Source: Candidatus Merdisoma merdipullorum (GTDB lineage Bacteria > Bacillota > Clostridia > Lachnospirales > Lachnospiraceae). From it: a stretch of 64,000 bases of DNA. The stretch lies in assembly GCA_018715645.1 (NCBI GenBank), contig DVLE01000082.1:38391-102390 (forward strand), written 5' to 3'. The notes under the pieces are model-generated. The model saw only the letters and a list, made by a program, of their open reading frames with translations, was not told where the DNA came from and made no database searches. Numbering within the stretch: the stretch's first letter is position 1; every line of letters begins with the position of its first letter. A program made the position numbers and the translations under genes. Positions 1 to 9,219 of the stretch are shown piece by piece.

Positions 1-1
1 A

Positions 2-253
2 GCTCTGGCCTTTATCATTCTGTTTCTGGTACTGCAGCAGATAGAAGGCAATCTGATTTATCCTCATGTGGTAGGAAATTCCGTTGGCCTGCCTTCCATT
101 TGGGTGCTGGTAGCTGTCACAGTGGGCGGAAACCTGATGGGAATAGCCGGAATGCTGGTGTTTATTCCCATCACCTCTGTACTGTATACGCTTCTGCGCG
201 AATGGGTATATCGGAGACTGAAGGAGAAAAAGACGGGAGCGGGCGGAATGTAG
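2..253 (+). CDS. AI-2E family transporter, C-terminal fragment (5'-truncated by window)
   Basis: Open frame from base 2: LQQIEGNLIYPHVVGNSVGLPSIWVLVAVTVGGNLMGIAGML, the typical AI-2E C-terminal signature. Confidence 0.85.
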   Translation, partial: ALAFIILFLVLQQIEGNLIYPHVVGNSVGLPSIWVLVAVTVGGNLMGIAGMLVFIPITSVLYTLLREWVYRRLKEKKTGAGGM

Positions 254-327
254 CCGCGCGTTAAATTTTCCGGCTGATATGCTCTTGTCAGTTAAAGGAA
301 GTATTTTCCAAGAAAGAAGGGTTATGT

Positions 328-783
328 GTGAGAGAAATAAAAGCAGGAGAATATTACCGCCATTTTCAGGGCGAATTTTATCAGGTCACGGGCATCGCAA
401 AGAATGCCGGGACCGGAAGGCCGATGGTGCTCTATCAGGCGCTGGACGGAGACGGGGAGCTTTTGGCCAGGGATTATGAGGAGTTTGCAGGAGAGGTGGA
501 CAGGAAAGAATATCCGGAAGCTGAGCAGAGATACTGCTTTGAAAAAGTAGAAGCGCCGACTGAGACCAATCCCCTGCTGCTTCGTTTTCTGGATGCGGAA
601 ACTTATGAGGATAAGCTGGAGCTTTTCCAGTCCTGGGAGGCGTATGCGGACGATCAGCTTCTGGAAAGCATCGCGGTATCGCTGGATATTGTGCTTGACA
701 AGGGGACGACTAAGGACAGGTACAGGCAGGTGCTGAATTGTCTGAAGACTATGGAGCATTTTGAGACGAATCGTTTTCGGTAA
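328..783 (+). CDS. DUF1653-domain protein
   Basis: N-terminal YRHFQGEFYQV...MVLYQAL...RDYEEF...QRYCFEK matches the DUF1653 pattern; helical C-terminal extension. Confidence 0.75.
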   Translation: MREIKAGEYYRHFQGEFYQVTGIAKNAGTGRPMVLYQALDGDGELLARDYEEFAGEVDRKEYPEAEQRYCFEKVEAPTETNPLLLRFLDAETYEDKLELFQSWEAYADDQLLESIAVSLDIVLDKGTTKDRYRQVLNCLKTMEHFETNRFR

Positions 784-801
784 GAGACAGGGGGAGTAAA
801 G

Positions 802-2160
802 GTGGACATAGTAATCATCGGAGACGGAAAAGTGGGGCATAAGCTGGCTATGCAGCTATCCGGAGAAAGCTACAATGTAACGCTGATCGATCAGTGTGAG
901 AAAAAGCTTGCAGATACGGTAAATGAGATGGACGTGTCCTGCGTCGTGGGAGACGGCGCAAGCGCTGAGATCCAGAAGAAGGCGGACGTACCGGGCGCGG
1001 ATCTGGTGATTGCCTGTACCTCAACGGATGAAATGAATATGTTCTGCTGTCTCCTGGCCAGAAGACTTGGCGCAAAGCAGACTATCGCAAGAGTGCGTAA
1101 TCCTGTCTATTCGGAGCAGATTCATCTTCTGAAAGAAGATTTGAAGCTGAGTATGGCAGTTAACCCGGAGCTTGCCCTGGCAGGAGAGATTTCCCGTGTG
1201 TTGATTTTTCCGTCAGCAGCGAAGATAGAGACCTTCGTGAAGGGCCGCGTGGAGCTTGTGGAGGTTATGCTTACGGAGAAAAGCGTGATAAAAGGGATTC
1301 CTTTAAGCGGTCTTTATAAAAAGTACCAGATCAAGATGCTGATCTGTGCGGTTCAGCGCGGTTCAAAGGTGTATATCCCGGACGGAAGCTTTGTGCTGGA
1401 AGCCGGGGATAAGATCAATATCGCGGCTTCCCATAAGGAGATAGAAAAATTCTTCCGCCTGACAAATTCCATGAGAAATCAGGCGAAGAACGTAATGATC
1501 TGCGGCGGCGGCCGGGTGGCCTATTATCTGGCGCGTCAGCTTGTTACCCTGGGAATGCAGGTCAAGATTGTGGAGCAGAACGAGGCGCGCTGCACGGAAC
1601 TTTGCGATCTTCTGCCAAAAGCTACGATTATTCACGGCAACGCCACCAATCACGAGCTTCTGGAAGAAGAAGGGATAAGCAAAGCGGATGCTTTTGTGAC
1701 ATTGACCGGCATGGATGAGGAGAATATCATTATGTCCATGTACGCCAAGATGCGTAATGTTCCGAAGATCGTTACAAAAGTCAACGACGAAGGACTGGAG
1801 AGCATGGTGGAGGAGCTTGGCATGGAAAGCGTGGTTTCTGCAAAAAATGTGACGGCCAACGCGATCACCGGCTATGTGCGCGCTATGAAAAACTCCATGG
1901 GAAGCTCCAATGTGGAAACAGTCTATAAGCTGATTGGCGGCAGAATTGAGGCTCTGGAATTTCTGATTCGGGAAAAGACCAGGTATACGGGAGTTCCTCT
2001 GAAAGATTTGACGTTAAAGGAAAATCATCTGGTGGCGGCCATCGTCAGAAAGAATCAGATCATCATACCGGGCGGAGACGATACCCTGGAGGTAGGCGAC
2101 AGTGTCATTGTGGTTTCCATGGCGCAGGGACTTGAAGATTTGAAGGATATTCTGCGTTAA
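802..2160 (+). CDS. trkA: Trk system potassium uptake protein TrkA
   Basis: Two Rossmann RCK_N motifs (IIGDGKVG, ICGGGRVA), each followed by RCK_C; 452 aa; next to trkH. Confidence 0.95.
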   Translation: MDIVIIGDGKVGHKLAMQLSGESYNVTLIDQCEKKLADTVNEMDVSCVVGDGASAEIQKKADVPGADLVIACTSTDEMNMFCCLLARRLGAKQTIARVRNPVYSEQIHLLKEDLKLSMAVNPELALAGEISRVLIFPSAAKIETFVKGRVELVEVMLTEKSVIKGIPLSGLYKKYQIKMLICAVQRGSKVYIPDGSFVLEAGDKINIAASHKEIEKFFRLTNSMRNQAKNVMICGGGRVAYYLARQLVTLGMQVKIVEQNEARCTELCDLLPKATIIHGNATNHELLEEEGISKADAFVTLTGMDEENIIMSMYAKMRNVPKIVTKVNDEGLESMVEELGMESVVSAKNVTANAITGYVRAMKNSMGSSNVETVYKLIGGRIEALEFLIREKTRYTGVPLKDLTLKENHLVAAIVRKNQIIIPGGDDTLEVGDSVIVVSMAQGLEDLKDILR

Positions 2161-2201
2161 GAAAACGCGTTTCGCGGTATTTTTGTTTCAGAGGGACAGA
2201 T

Positions 2202-3647
2202 ATGAATTACGGAATGATAAGATATATTACGGGGAAAATGCTTCTTGTGGAGGCAATCCTGATGCTGCTTCCTGTTTTTGTGTCGCTGCTCTATCAGGAG
2301 GACAGCGGCGTATATTTTGTGATCGTTGCGGCGGAACTGGCGGCATTGTCGCTGATTCTTTCCAAAAAGAAGCCGGAGGACACTTCCCTGTATGCCAAGG
2401 AAGGCTTTGTGATTGTGGCTTTGGCATGGATTCTCTGGTCGGCGTTCGGGGCTTTGCCCTTTGTGCTTGGCGGCAGCATTCCGAGGTTTGTGGACGCTTT
2501 TTTTGAGACGGTGTCCGGCTTTACGACGACGGGGTCCACGATTCTGACGGATATTGAGAGTTTGCCTATGGGCATGAATTTCTGGCGCTGTTTTACGCAC
2601 TGGATCGGAGGTATGGGCGTGCTGGTCTTTGTCATGACCATCCTTCCTTTAAGCTCGAAAAACTCCATGTTTCTTATGCGGGCGGAGATGCCGGGTCCTA
2701 CCTGCGACAAACTGGTGCCGAAGGCGCGCTCCACAGCGCGGATTTTGTACGGGATCTATATTGTGCTTTCCGCAGCGGAGGTGATTTTCCTTCTGGCCGG
2801 AGGAATGAATCTTTATGACGCTCTTGTGCATACCTTCAGCACGGCGGGCACAGGAGGCTTTGACAACAGGAACGCGAACGTAGCTTTTTACGACAGCGCC
2901 TATATCGATGGCGTTATCACGGTGTTTATGCTGCTGTTTGGCATAAACTTCAGTCTGTATTATCTGATGCTGCTGAAGAATTTTAAGGCGGCGTTTAAAA
3001 GCGAGGAGCTGCGGGCATATCTGGGTATTGTGGCGGCATCTATCGCTCTGATTACGGTGAATATCGTACACATTTATGGAAATGTGCTGAAATCCTTCCG
3101 CTATGCAGCCTTCCAGGTGGCTTCTGTGATCACGACGACAGGCTTTGTGACGGTGAACTTTGATCTGTGGCCGGAGTTTTCCAAAACAATACTTCTGATT
3201 ATTATGGCGATTGGAGCCTGCGCCGGAAGCACGGGAGGCGGCATGAAGGTGTCACGGATCATTATTCTGGCCAGAACCGTCACGAAAGAGATCCGGCAGG
3301 TGCTTCATCCAAAGTCTGTAAATGTGGTGAGACTCGATGGAAAACGGCTGACGGATGAAAACACCAGGGGCGTTTACGTCTATATGATCTGCTATATGGC
3401 AATTCTCGCCCTTTCGGTGCTGCTGATTTCTGTGGACAATTTTGATTTTACCACGAATTTTACAGCAGTTCTGACGACGCTCAATAATGTGGGACCAGGA
3501 CTTGCAGGAGTAGGTCCTGTGGAGAATTTCTCCGCCTATTCCTGGTTTTCCAAGCTCGTTCTGAGTCTGGACATGCTGCTTGGGCGGCTGGAAATTCTGC
3601 CGCTTCTGATGCTGTTCACGCCCAGGACATGGAGAAAGAGATTTTAA
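2202..3647 (+). CDS. trkH: Trk system potassium uptake membrane protein TrkH
   Basis: FETVSGFTTTG, STAGTGGF, ITTTGF, GACAGSTGGGMK, NNVGPG and MLLGRLE pore-loop motifs. Confidence 0.95.
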   Translation: MNYGMIRYITGKMLLVEAILMLLPVFVSLLYQEDSGVYFVIVAAELAALSLILSKKKPEDTSLYAKEGFVIVALAWILWSAFGALPFVLGGSIPRFVDAFFETVSGFTTTGSTILTDIESLPMGMNFWRCFTHWIGGMGVLVFVMTILPLSSKNSMFLMRAEMPGPTCDKLVPKARSTARILYGIYIVLSAAEVIFLLAGGMNLYDALVHTFSTAGTGGFDNRNANVAFYDSAYIDGVITVFMLLFGINFSLYYLMLLKNFKAAFKSEELRAYLGIVAASIALITVNIVHIYGNVLKSFRYAAFQVASVITTTGFVTVNFDLWPEFSKTILLIIMAIGACAGSTGGGMKVSRIIILARTVTKEIRQVLHPKSVNVVRLDGKRLTDENTRGVYVYMICYMAILALSVLLISVDNFDFTTNFTAVLTTLNNVGPGLAGVGPVENFSAYSWFSKLVLSLDMLLGRLEILPLLMLFTPRTWRKRF

Positions 3648-3682
3648 AAGAAAGATGATAAAAGAAAGACGAGGTAGAAAAA

Positions 3683-4504
3683 ATGAGTGAGAAAGCATGT
3701 AATAACAGCAGTTGTGATAAGACGAGCTGCGAGGGATGTCCAAGCCGGGAAAAGCCGGCAAGCTTTCAGGTGGATGCCAATGAATATAGCTGTATCCGCC
3801 GGGTGATTGGCGTTGTCAGCGGCAAGGGAGGCGTGGGGAAGTCTATGGTGACAGCCTCCATCGCCAATGAGCTTGCGGCGAAGGGGTACCAGGTGGGAAT
3901 CCTCGACGCGGACATTACAGGTCCCTCGATTCCCCGCATGTACGGGATTCACGGTCCGGCAGCGGCCAGCGACATGGGAATTGAACCAAGGCTTACGAAA
4001 AACGGAATCAAGCTGATGTCTATGAATCTCCTGCTCCCTGCAGAGGATACGCCTGTGATCTGGCGCGGTCCCATTATCGCGAACATTGTCAAGCAGTTCT
4101 GGACGGACGTGATCTGGGGAGATCTGGATTATCTTCTGGTGGATATGCCTCCTGGAACGGGCGACGTACCCCTGACTGTGTTCCAGTCCCTGCCGGTGAG
4201 CGAGATTGTTCTGGTGACTTCCCCGCAGGATCTGGTCCAGATGATCGTAAAGAAGGCTCTGAGCATGGCGGAGCAGATGAAGATTCCGGTGAAAGGCGTG
4301 GTGGAGAATTATTCCTATCTTCAGTGTCCGGACTGCGGAAAGAAGCTCTATCCTTTCGGTAAAAGCCACCTGGATGAGATCGCCGGGGAGGAAAAGCTCC
4401 ATATTCTTGGAAGGATTCCCTTTGACTCCGGCTTCGCGGAGGCCGCGGATGCGGGAGAGTTCGATAAGGTGAGAAATACCTGGATCGAGACGGAATTTGA
4501 ATAA
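3683..4504 (+). CDS. mrp: Mrp/NBP35 (ApbC) Fe-S cluster carrier ATPase
   Basis: SGKGGVGKS, DADITGPSIP, VIWRGP, DMPPGTGD, VENYS..CPDC; Cys-rich N-terminus. Confidence 0.92.
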   Translation: MSEKACNNSSCDKTSCEGCPSREKPASFQVDANEYSCIRRVIGVVSGKGGVGKSMVTASIANELAAKGYQVGILDADITGPSIPRMYGIHGPAAASDMGIEPRLTKNGIKLMSMNLLLPAEDTPVIWRGPIIANIVKQFWTDVIWGDLDYLLVDMPPGTGDVPLTVFQSLPVSEIVLVTSPQDLVQMIVKKALSMAEQMKIPVKGVVENYSYLQCPDCGKKLYPFGKSHLDEIAGEEKLHILGRIPFDSGFAEAADAGEFDKVRNTWIETEFE

Positions 4505-4515
4505 AGAAATCATGA

Positions 4516-4552
4516 TTGGCTGTTTGGTACGAAACCAGACAGCCAAAATTTA
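4516..4552 (+). terminator. Probable intrinsic terminator after mrp
   Basis: TTGGCTGTTTGGT / ACCAGACAGCCAA inverted repeat; weak U-tract. Confidence 0.55.
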
Positions 4553-4591
4553 TGTCCGGCAGAAATAGACGTAAAAATGCGGTTGATCTTA

Positions 4592-4638
4592 AGCCTACAT
4601 TATGTTAATATAAAATTAGCCTACAACATGTTAATATA
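4592..4638 (+). promoter_or_regulatory. Tandem BlaI/MecI-type operator
   Basis: Direct repeat AGCCTACAttATGTTAATATA (4592-4612) / AGCCTACAacATGTTAATATA (4618-4638), 19/21 identical, each with a TACA-N3-TGT core, just upstream of the BlaI-family gene. Confidence 0.75.
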
Positions 4639-4655
4639 GAAGGGAGGGAAGAAAG

Positions 4656-5027
4656 ATGCAGCAGATCTCGGAATCAGAGCTGGTCCTGATGAGAATTATC
4701 TGGGGCAATGGAGGAACGGCTCTTTATTCTTTTCTTATGGAGGAGCTGGAAAAGGAAGAAAGTACATGGAAGAAAAATACGGTCCTTACTCTGCTTTCAC
4801 GTTTGGTGGAAAAGGGGTATCTTAGAACGAACAAGATTGGCAGACGCAATGAATACGAAGCGTTGGTTACGGAGCAGGAGTATCAGGCCGCGCAGACGAA
4901 CAGCTTTCTGGACCGGATTTTCGGAGGAAACGTACGGGGGCTTGTCTCCACGCTTTTGCAGGAAGATATGCTTTCGGCGGAGGAACTGAAGGAGATCGAA
5001 AAATATTGGGAGGAACAGAATGAGTGA
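4656..5027 (+). CDS. BlaI/MecI/CopY family repressor
   Basis: ISESELVLMRIIW...NTVLTLLSRLVEKGYL...FLDRIFGGNVRGLVSTL; 123 aa; overlaps the M56 gene. Confidence 0.92.
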   Translation: MQQISESELVLMRIIWGNGGTALYSFLMEELEKEESTWKKNTVLTLLSRLVEKGYLRTNKIGRRNEYEALVTEQEYQAAQTNSFLDRIFGGNVRGLVSTLLQEDMLSAEELKEIEKYWEEQNE

Positions 5028-6888
5028 GTTTGTGAAAACACTTCTGTCGCTGTCTGTTTCCGGTTCCTTGCTTACGGTGGCGCTTTTGTGCCTGAAGCCG
5101 CTTTACCGGGAGAGGTTCAGCAAACGCTGGCAGTATTATATCTGGCTTATTGTGGTCTTGCGCTTTCTCCTGCCGTTCACACCGGAGACGGCGCTTATGA
5201 ATCGAATGTTTGTAAGCGCGGAAACGGCTGTGCAGTCAGAAGTTTCCGGGAACGGGGAGACGGCGGAAGACAGCGCTTTGGAGAACCCGGCTTATACCGG
5301 TGAGCTGGATAGCGCGGCCAGTACGGTATCTCCCAGGGGTTCAGTTGATACCGTATCCATAAGAGACGTAGCCGGACAGAGTGAAGCTTTGGGAAACTTT
5401 GAAGTATGGGCTGGCCCTGGGATGTTCGTGGTATGGGCGTTTGGTGCCGCACTGCTTTTTTGCCGGAAACTGGTGTCATACCGAAGGTTTACGTACTGTC
5501 TCTGGTCAGAGAGTACGGAAAGCGGAACAGAGGAAGAACAAAAGCTGCTGGATGCCTGCATGAAAACTATGTATATCAAGCGAAGAATCAAGCTTTGCCG
5601 CAGCACTTATATCAGCTCTCCTGTGCTTTTAGAGTTTGGAAAACCGGTTATTGTGCTTCCGCTGGGAGAGATCCCGGCGGAGACGCTGGAATTGGTATTC
5701 CGGCATGAGCTGATTCATTACCGCCGGAGAGATGCCCTGTACAAATGGCTGGTTCAGTTGGCTATGTGTATCCATTGGTTTAATCCTGTCGTGTATCTTG
5801 TGGGAAAGGAGGTCGGGCGCTCTTGCGAGCTGTCCTGCGATGAGGCTGTTCTTTCCGGACTCCCCAGGGGAGAAAAGCGAAAGTACGGCGATATGCTGCT
5901 GGCATTTGCGAAAGCAGGGAAAGGATGTCAGAACTCCTTTGTATCTGTAATTCTGACCGAAGGGGCAGAGCATTTGAAAGAAAGGCTGGGTGCGGTTATG
6001 AGATTTAAGAAAAGTACGAAAGCAGCCGTAATTGGTCCGGTATTTGCGCTCTGCGTGCTGCTTCTGGGCGCCGTATATACGGGAGCCTACATCGGCATGC
6101 CGGACGGTGAAAATACAGGGGAAGCGCCAGCGGAGGAATCGGATGCCAGGAAAAGCCGGATAGATGCGGAAATACAGGCCTCTCTGGCAGAAGATCAGGA
6201 AGGAGATCCGGCTGTAAGCGTTCCGGCAGAGACACATCTGGAGCTGGTGCATATGGAAGAAGCCTATCCATGGTTCCTTCTGGAATTTCAGATTCTTGAG
6301 GGAGGAACGAAAGAAGCACGCACCTTTGAGAATCCTTCCCCTCCCGATGTGACGCTGGAACAGGGAGGAGAGAGGCGGAGCGGATATTGGACGTATCTGC
6401 GGGAGACCACGGACACGGCTTTGATTGCTCAGAACAAATCAGACGGGTTTGTGATAAGCTTCTGGAGTACGGGGGACGAGAGCGCCACGATTTCTGCGGA
6501 AGGTCTGTCCTATACGGTGGAGCTGCCGACCGAGGAACTGGAAACGATCACAATGGATCAGAGGATGGAGTTTCTCAGCGAGAATGCCGCGATAGATACG
6601 GCTCTGGTTTATCCAAAAGGCTTTGTTCTGAATTTTTCGGGAATCAGCTATGAGACTATACAGAGGACGGCGTTCATTCTGGCGGAGGAGGGAAGCGAAT
6701 ACGACGAATATCTGGAAGGGTTTGTAGGAAACAATTCCTATGATGAAGGGACGGAGACGTATACGCAGTCTTTTGCGTTTCCTGAAGGTTTTCCAGAGGG
6801 GAAAAACCTGGTCCTGCGGGTTATAAAGCTTGACAGAAACGGGCAGGAGAGCAGGGATTATGCGGATTATCCGCTGCATTTCTTGTAA
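5020..6888 (+). CDS. BlaR1-like M56 metallopeptidase sensor/transducer with unrecognised acidic C-terminal domain
   Basis: YYIWLIVVLRFLLP, HELIH zinc motif, IHWFNPVVY, ELSCDEAV, LKERL; TM segment followed by an acidic C-terminal domain. Confidence 0.88.
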   Translation: MSEFVKTLLSLSVSGSLLTVALLCLKPLYRERFSKRWQYYIWLIVVLRFLLPFTPETALMNRMFVSAETAVQSEVSGNGETAEDSALENPAYTGELDSAASTVSPRGSVDTVSIRDVAGQSEALGNFEVWAGPGMFVVWAFGAALLFCRKLVSYRRFTYCLWSESTESGTEEEQKLLDACMKTMYIKRRIKLCRSTYISSPVLLEFGKPVIVLPLGEIPAETLELVFRHELIHYRRRDALYKWLVQLAMCIHWFNPVVYLVGKEVGRSCELSCDEAVLSGLPRGEKRKYGDMLLAFAKAGKGCQNSFVSVILTEGAEHLKERLGAVMRFKKSTKAAVIGPVFALCVLLLGAVYTGAYIGMPDGENTGEAPAEESDARKSRIDAEIQASLAEDQEGDPAVSVPAETHLELVHMEEAYPWFLLEFQILEGGTKEARTFENPSPPDVTLEQGGERRSGYWTYLRETTDTALIAQNKSDGFVISFWSTGDESATISAEGLSYTVELPTEELETITMDQRMEFLSENAAIDTALVYPKGFVLNFSGISYETIQRTAFILAEEGSEYDEYLEGFVGNNSYDEGTETYTQSFAFPEGFPEGKNLVLRVIKLDRNGQESRDYADYPLHFL

Positions 6889-6895
6889 ATTTATC

Positions 6896-6949
6896 TTGCA
6901 ATTCCGGAAAGTGTGTGATACACTATTATCGAACAAATGTTCGATAATA
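6896..6949 (+). promoter_or_regulatory. sigma-A promoter with LexA (SOS) box
   Basis: TTGCAA(6896-6901)-17 bp-TACACT(6919-6924); CGAAC-AAAT-GTTCG at 6930-6943 inside an 11-bp perfect inverted repeat (6924-6949). Confidence 0.85.
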
Positions 6950-6973
6950 CGAATAAGAGAGTGGGAAATCAGA

Positions 6974-8344
6974 ATGCAGGATAGGATGAAGCAGACGAAA
7001 AGGCAGGCAAGAGTGACGGAGTCCATGACGGTCATGGAGAAGCTGAAAATTTTATCCGACGCAGCCAAGTATGACGTGGCCTGTACTTCCAGCGGGACCT
7101 CGCGGGGAAATAACGGAAAGGGAATCGGAAACTGTTTTGACGCGGGAATCTGTCATAGCTTTGCGGCAGATGGACGCTGTATCTCTCTGCTGAAGATCCT
7201 GTTTACGAATGAATGTATTTTTAACTGCCGGTACTGCCTGAATCGTTCTTCCAATGATGTGCCGCGCGCTACCTTTACGCCGGATGAGGTCTGTGAGCTG
7301 GTTATCGGCTTTTACCGGAGAAATTATATCGAAGGACTGTTTTTAAGCTCTGGCATCGTGGGAAGCCCGGATTACACGATGGAACTTTTATACCAGACTC
7401 TTTACAAGCTGAGGAACCAGTATCATTTTGGAGGCTATATTCATGTGAAGGCGATACCGGGGGCGGATCCCCTTCTGATTGAGAAGACAGGCTTTCTGGC
7501 GGATCGTATGAGCGTGAATCTGGAACTGCCGACTGCGGAGGGGCTGAAAAAGCTGGCTCCGGCGAAGACCAGGGAGAAGATTTTAAGACCGATGCGCCAG
7601 GTACAGAATAGGAGAGAGGAGAACAGGCAGGAGCTTGTTTTGTACCGGAACGCGCCCCGGTTTGTTCCGGCCGGACAGTCTACGCAGATGATTGTAGGGG
7701 CTACGCCGGAAAATGATTTTCAGATTATGACGGTGGCGGAATCTCTCTACAAGAAGTTTGATCTGAAGCGGGTTTTCTATTCGGCCTTCGTGCGTGTCAA
7801 TGATGACGCCGCCCTCCCGGCTTTGCCGGGAGGGCCTCCTCTCCTCCGGGAACATAGATTGTATCAGGCAGACTGGCTTTTGCGGTTTTACGGCTTTGAA
7901 GCCGGAGAGCTTCTGTCGGAGGAAAGGCCGAATTTTAACGTGCTTCTCGATCCCAAGTGCGATTGGGCGCTCCGGCATCTGGAGCAGTTTCCTGTGGAGA
8001 TCAACCGCGCTTCCTATCAGACTCTGCTCAGAGTGCCGGGAATCGGCGTGAAGTCGGCTCAGCGCATTGTGAAGGCCAGGCGGCTTGGAAGTCTTGATTT
8101 TCCGGATCTGAAGCGGATGGGCGTGGTGCTGAAGCGGGCGCTTTACTTTGTTACCTGCAGGGGCAGAATGATGTATCCGACACGGATAGAAGAAGATTAC
8201 ATTACAAGAAATCTGCTGAATGTGAAGGAAAAGCTGCCGGCACAGCTTCGGGGAGAGATGTCTTACCGGCAGCTTTCGCTCTTTGACGACGGGATGCCGC
8301 TGTCCCGTGAAGAACAGATATGCCTCTTGGGAGGAGAACGATGA
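6974..8344 (+). CDS. Putative DNA modification/repair radical SAM protein (TIGR03916-like) with HhH motif
   Basis: LSDAAKYDVACTSSG, GICHSFAADGRCISLLKIL, CIFNCRYC (CX3CX2C), REHRLYQADWLLRFYGF, LLRVPGIG (HhH); start placed at first ATG downstream of the promoter (6974; 7025 or 7034 also possible). Confidence 0.9.
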   Translation: MQDRMKQTKRQARVTESMTVMEKLKILSDAAKYDVACTSSGTSRGNNGKGIGNCFDAGICHSFAADGRCISLLKILFTNECIFNCRYCLNRSSNDVPRATFTPDEVCELVIGFYRRNYIEGLFLSSGIVGSPDYTMELLYQTLYKLRNQYHFGGYIHVKAIPGADPLLIEKTGFLADRMSVNLELPTAEGLKKLAPAKTREKILRPMRQVQNRREENRQELVLYRNAPRFVPAGQSTQMIVGATPENDFQIMTVAESLYKKFDLKRVFYSAFVRVNDDAALPALPGGPPLLREHRLYQADWLLRFYGFEAGELLSEERPNFNVLLDPKCDWALRHLEQFPVEINRASYQTLLRVPGIGVKSAQRIVKARRLGSLDFPDLKRMGVVLKRALYFVTCRGRMMYPTRIEEDYITRNLLNVKEKLPAQLRGEMSYRQLSLFDDGMPLSREEQICLLGGER

Positions 8345-9108
8345 TTACCGTATTTTTGTGTGAGGACAGTCTTGACGGGATCCTGACAGGGGTGTATGAA
8401 GCTTACGACAGCCGCCTGGGACACAGGAACATTAGACTTAAAACGGAAGAAATGGATACGATGGAGCTGTTCTGCGAGTACCGCACTGTGCGCACGGATT
8501 TGGAGAAGGCGGAAAAGGTGTTGCGGACGGTACGAAAGAGAATGGGTGAGAAGGCGAAGGAGGCGGTCTGCTATGCGGCAGCCTGTCCGGACGAGCGCAG
8601 AGCGGATGCCATCTACCGTTTGATTGTGCTGGGACTGTCCCTGCCTGACGGAAGGGAAGCTCTGAATTTTCTGCAGGATCCGTCTGTTCTGCTTGTGGAG
8701 AAGCTTCGTTATAAGGCCTGGCATGAGGCTGAGCGGATGCTGGGCTTTCTTCGCTTTGAGGAGCTTCCCGGCGGGATTCTTTACGCCTTCATGGAACCGC
8801 CTTATGCGGTGCTTCCTCTTATCGCCCCTCATTTTGCGGACCGGCTTCTTCAGGAGAACTGGATCATCCATGATAAAAAAAGGGAGCTTTTGGCCGTACA
8901 CAGAAAATATGCGGGCTGGATGCTGGCGGATGCGAAGCTGCTGGAATTGCGGTATATAGAAGGGCGTTCTTCGGAGGAGGAGAACTTCCAGGCATTATGG
9001 CGGACTTTCTGCAAGAGTATCGCGATAGAGGAACGGCGCAATCCGCGCTGCCAGCAGAATCTTCTTCCCCTGCGGTTCCGCCCTTCCATGACGGAGTTTC
9101 GGATTTGA
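8341..9108 (+). CDS. TIGR03915/DUF4130 family putative DNA repair protein
   Basis: DSLDGILTGVYEAY, EAERMLGFLRF, APHFADRL..NWIIHD, FQALWRTFCKSIAIEERRNPRCQQNLLPLRF; ATGA overlap with the radical SAM gene. Confidence 0.88.
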   Translation: MITVFLCEDSLDGILTGVYEAYDSRLGHRNIRLKTEEMDTMELFCEYRTVRTDLEKAEKVLRTVRKRMGEKAKEAVCYAAACPDERRADAIYRLIVLGLSLPDGREALNFLQDPSVLLVEKLRYKAWHEAERMLGFLRFEELPGGILYAFMEPPYAVLPLIAPHFADRLLQENWIIHDKKRELLAVHRKYAGWMLADAKLLELRYIEGRSSEEENFQALWRTFCKSIAIEERRNPRCQQNLLPLRFRPSMTEFRI

Positions 9109-9133
9109 CAGTCCTTGAAAATCATAGTACACT
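9105..9133 (+). promoter_or_regulatory. sigma-A promoter for hom
   Basis: TTGACA(9105-9110)-17 bp-TACACT(9128-9133). Confidence 0.65.
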
Positions 9134-9219
9134 GGAACAGAAGACAGGGACAAAAATCAGGCAGATAAAGGCATTTTTCATCTGCCGTGATATAGAGAAA
9201 GCAGACAGGAGAATAGAAA

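Noticed and set aside
6830-6973. N-terminal extensions in the ORF track (also 13622, 14753, 54947, 18830, 25903)
   Set aside because: They span promoters, hairpins or upstream genes; downstream starts fit family length better and most have good RBSs
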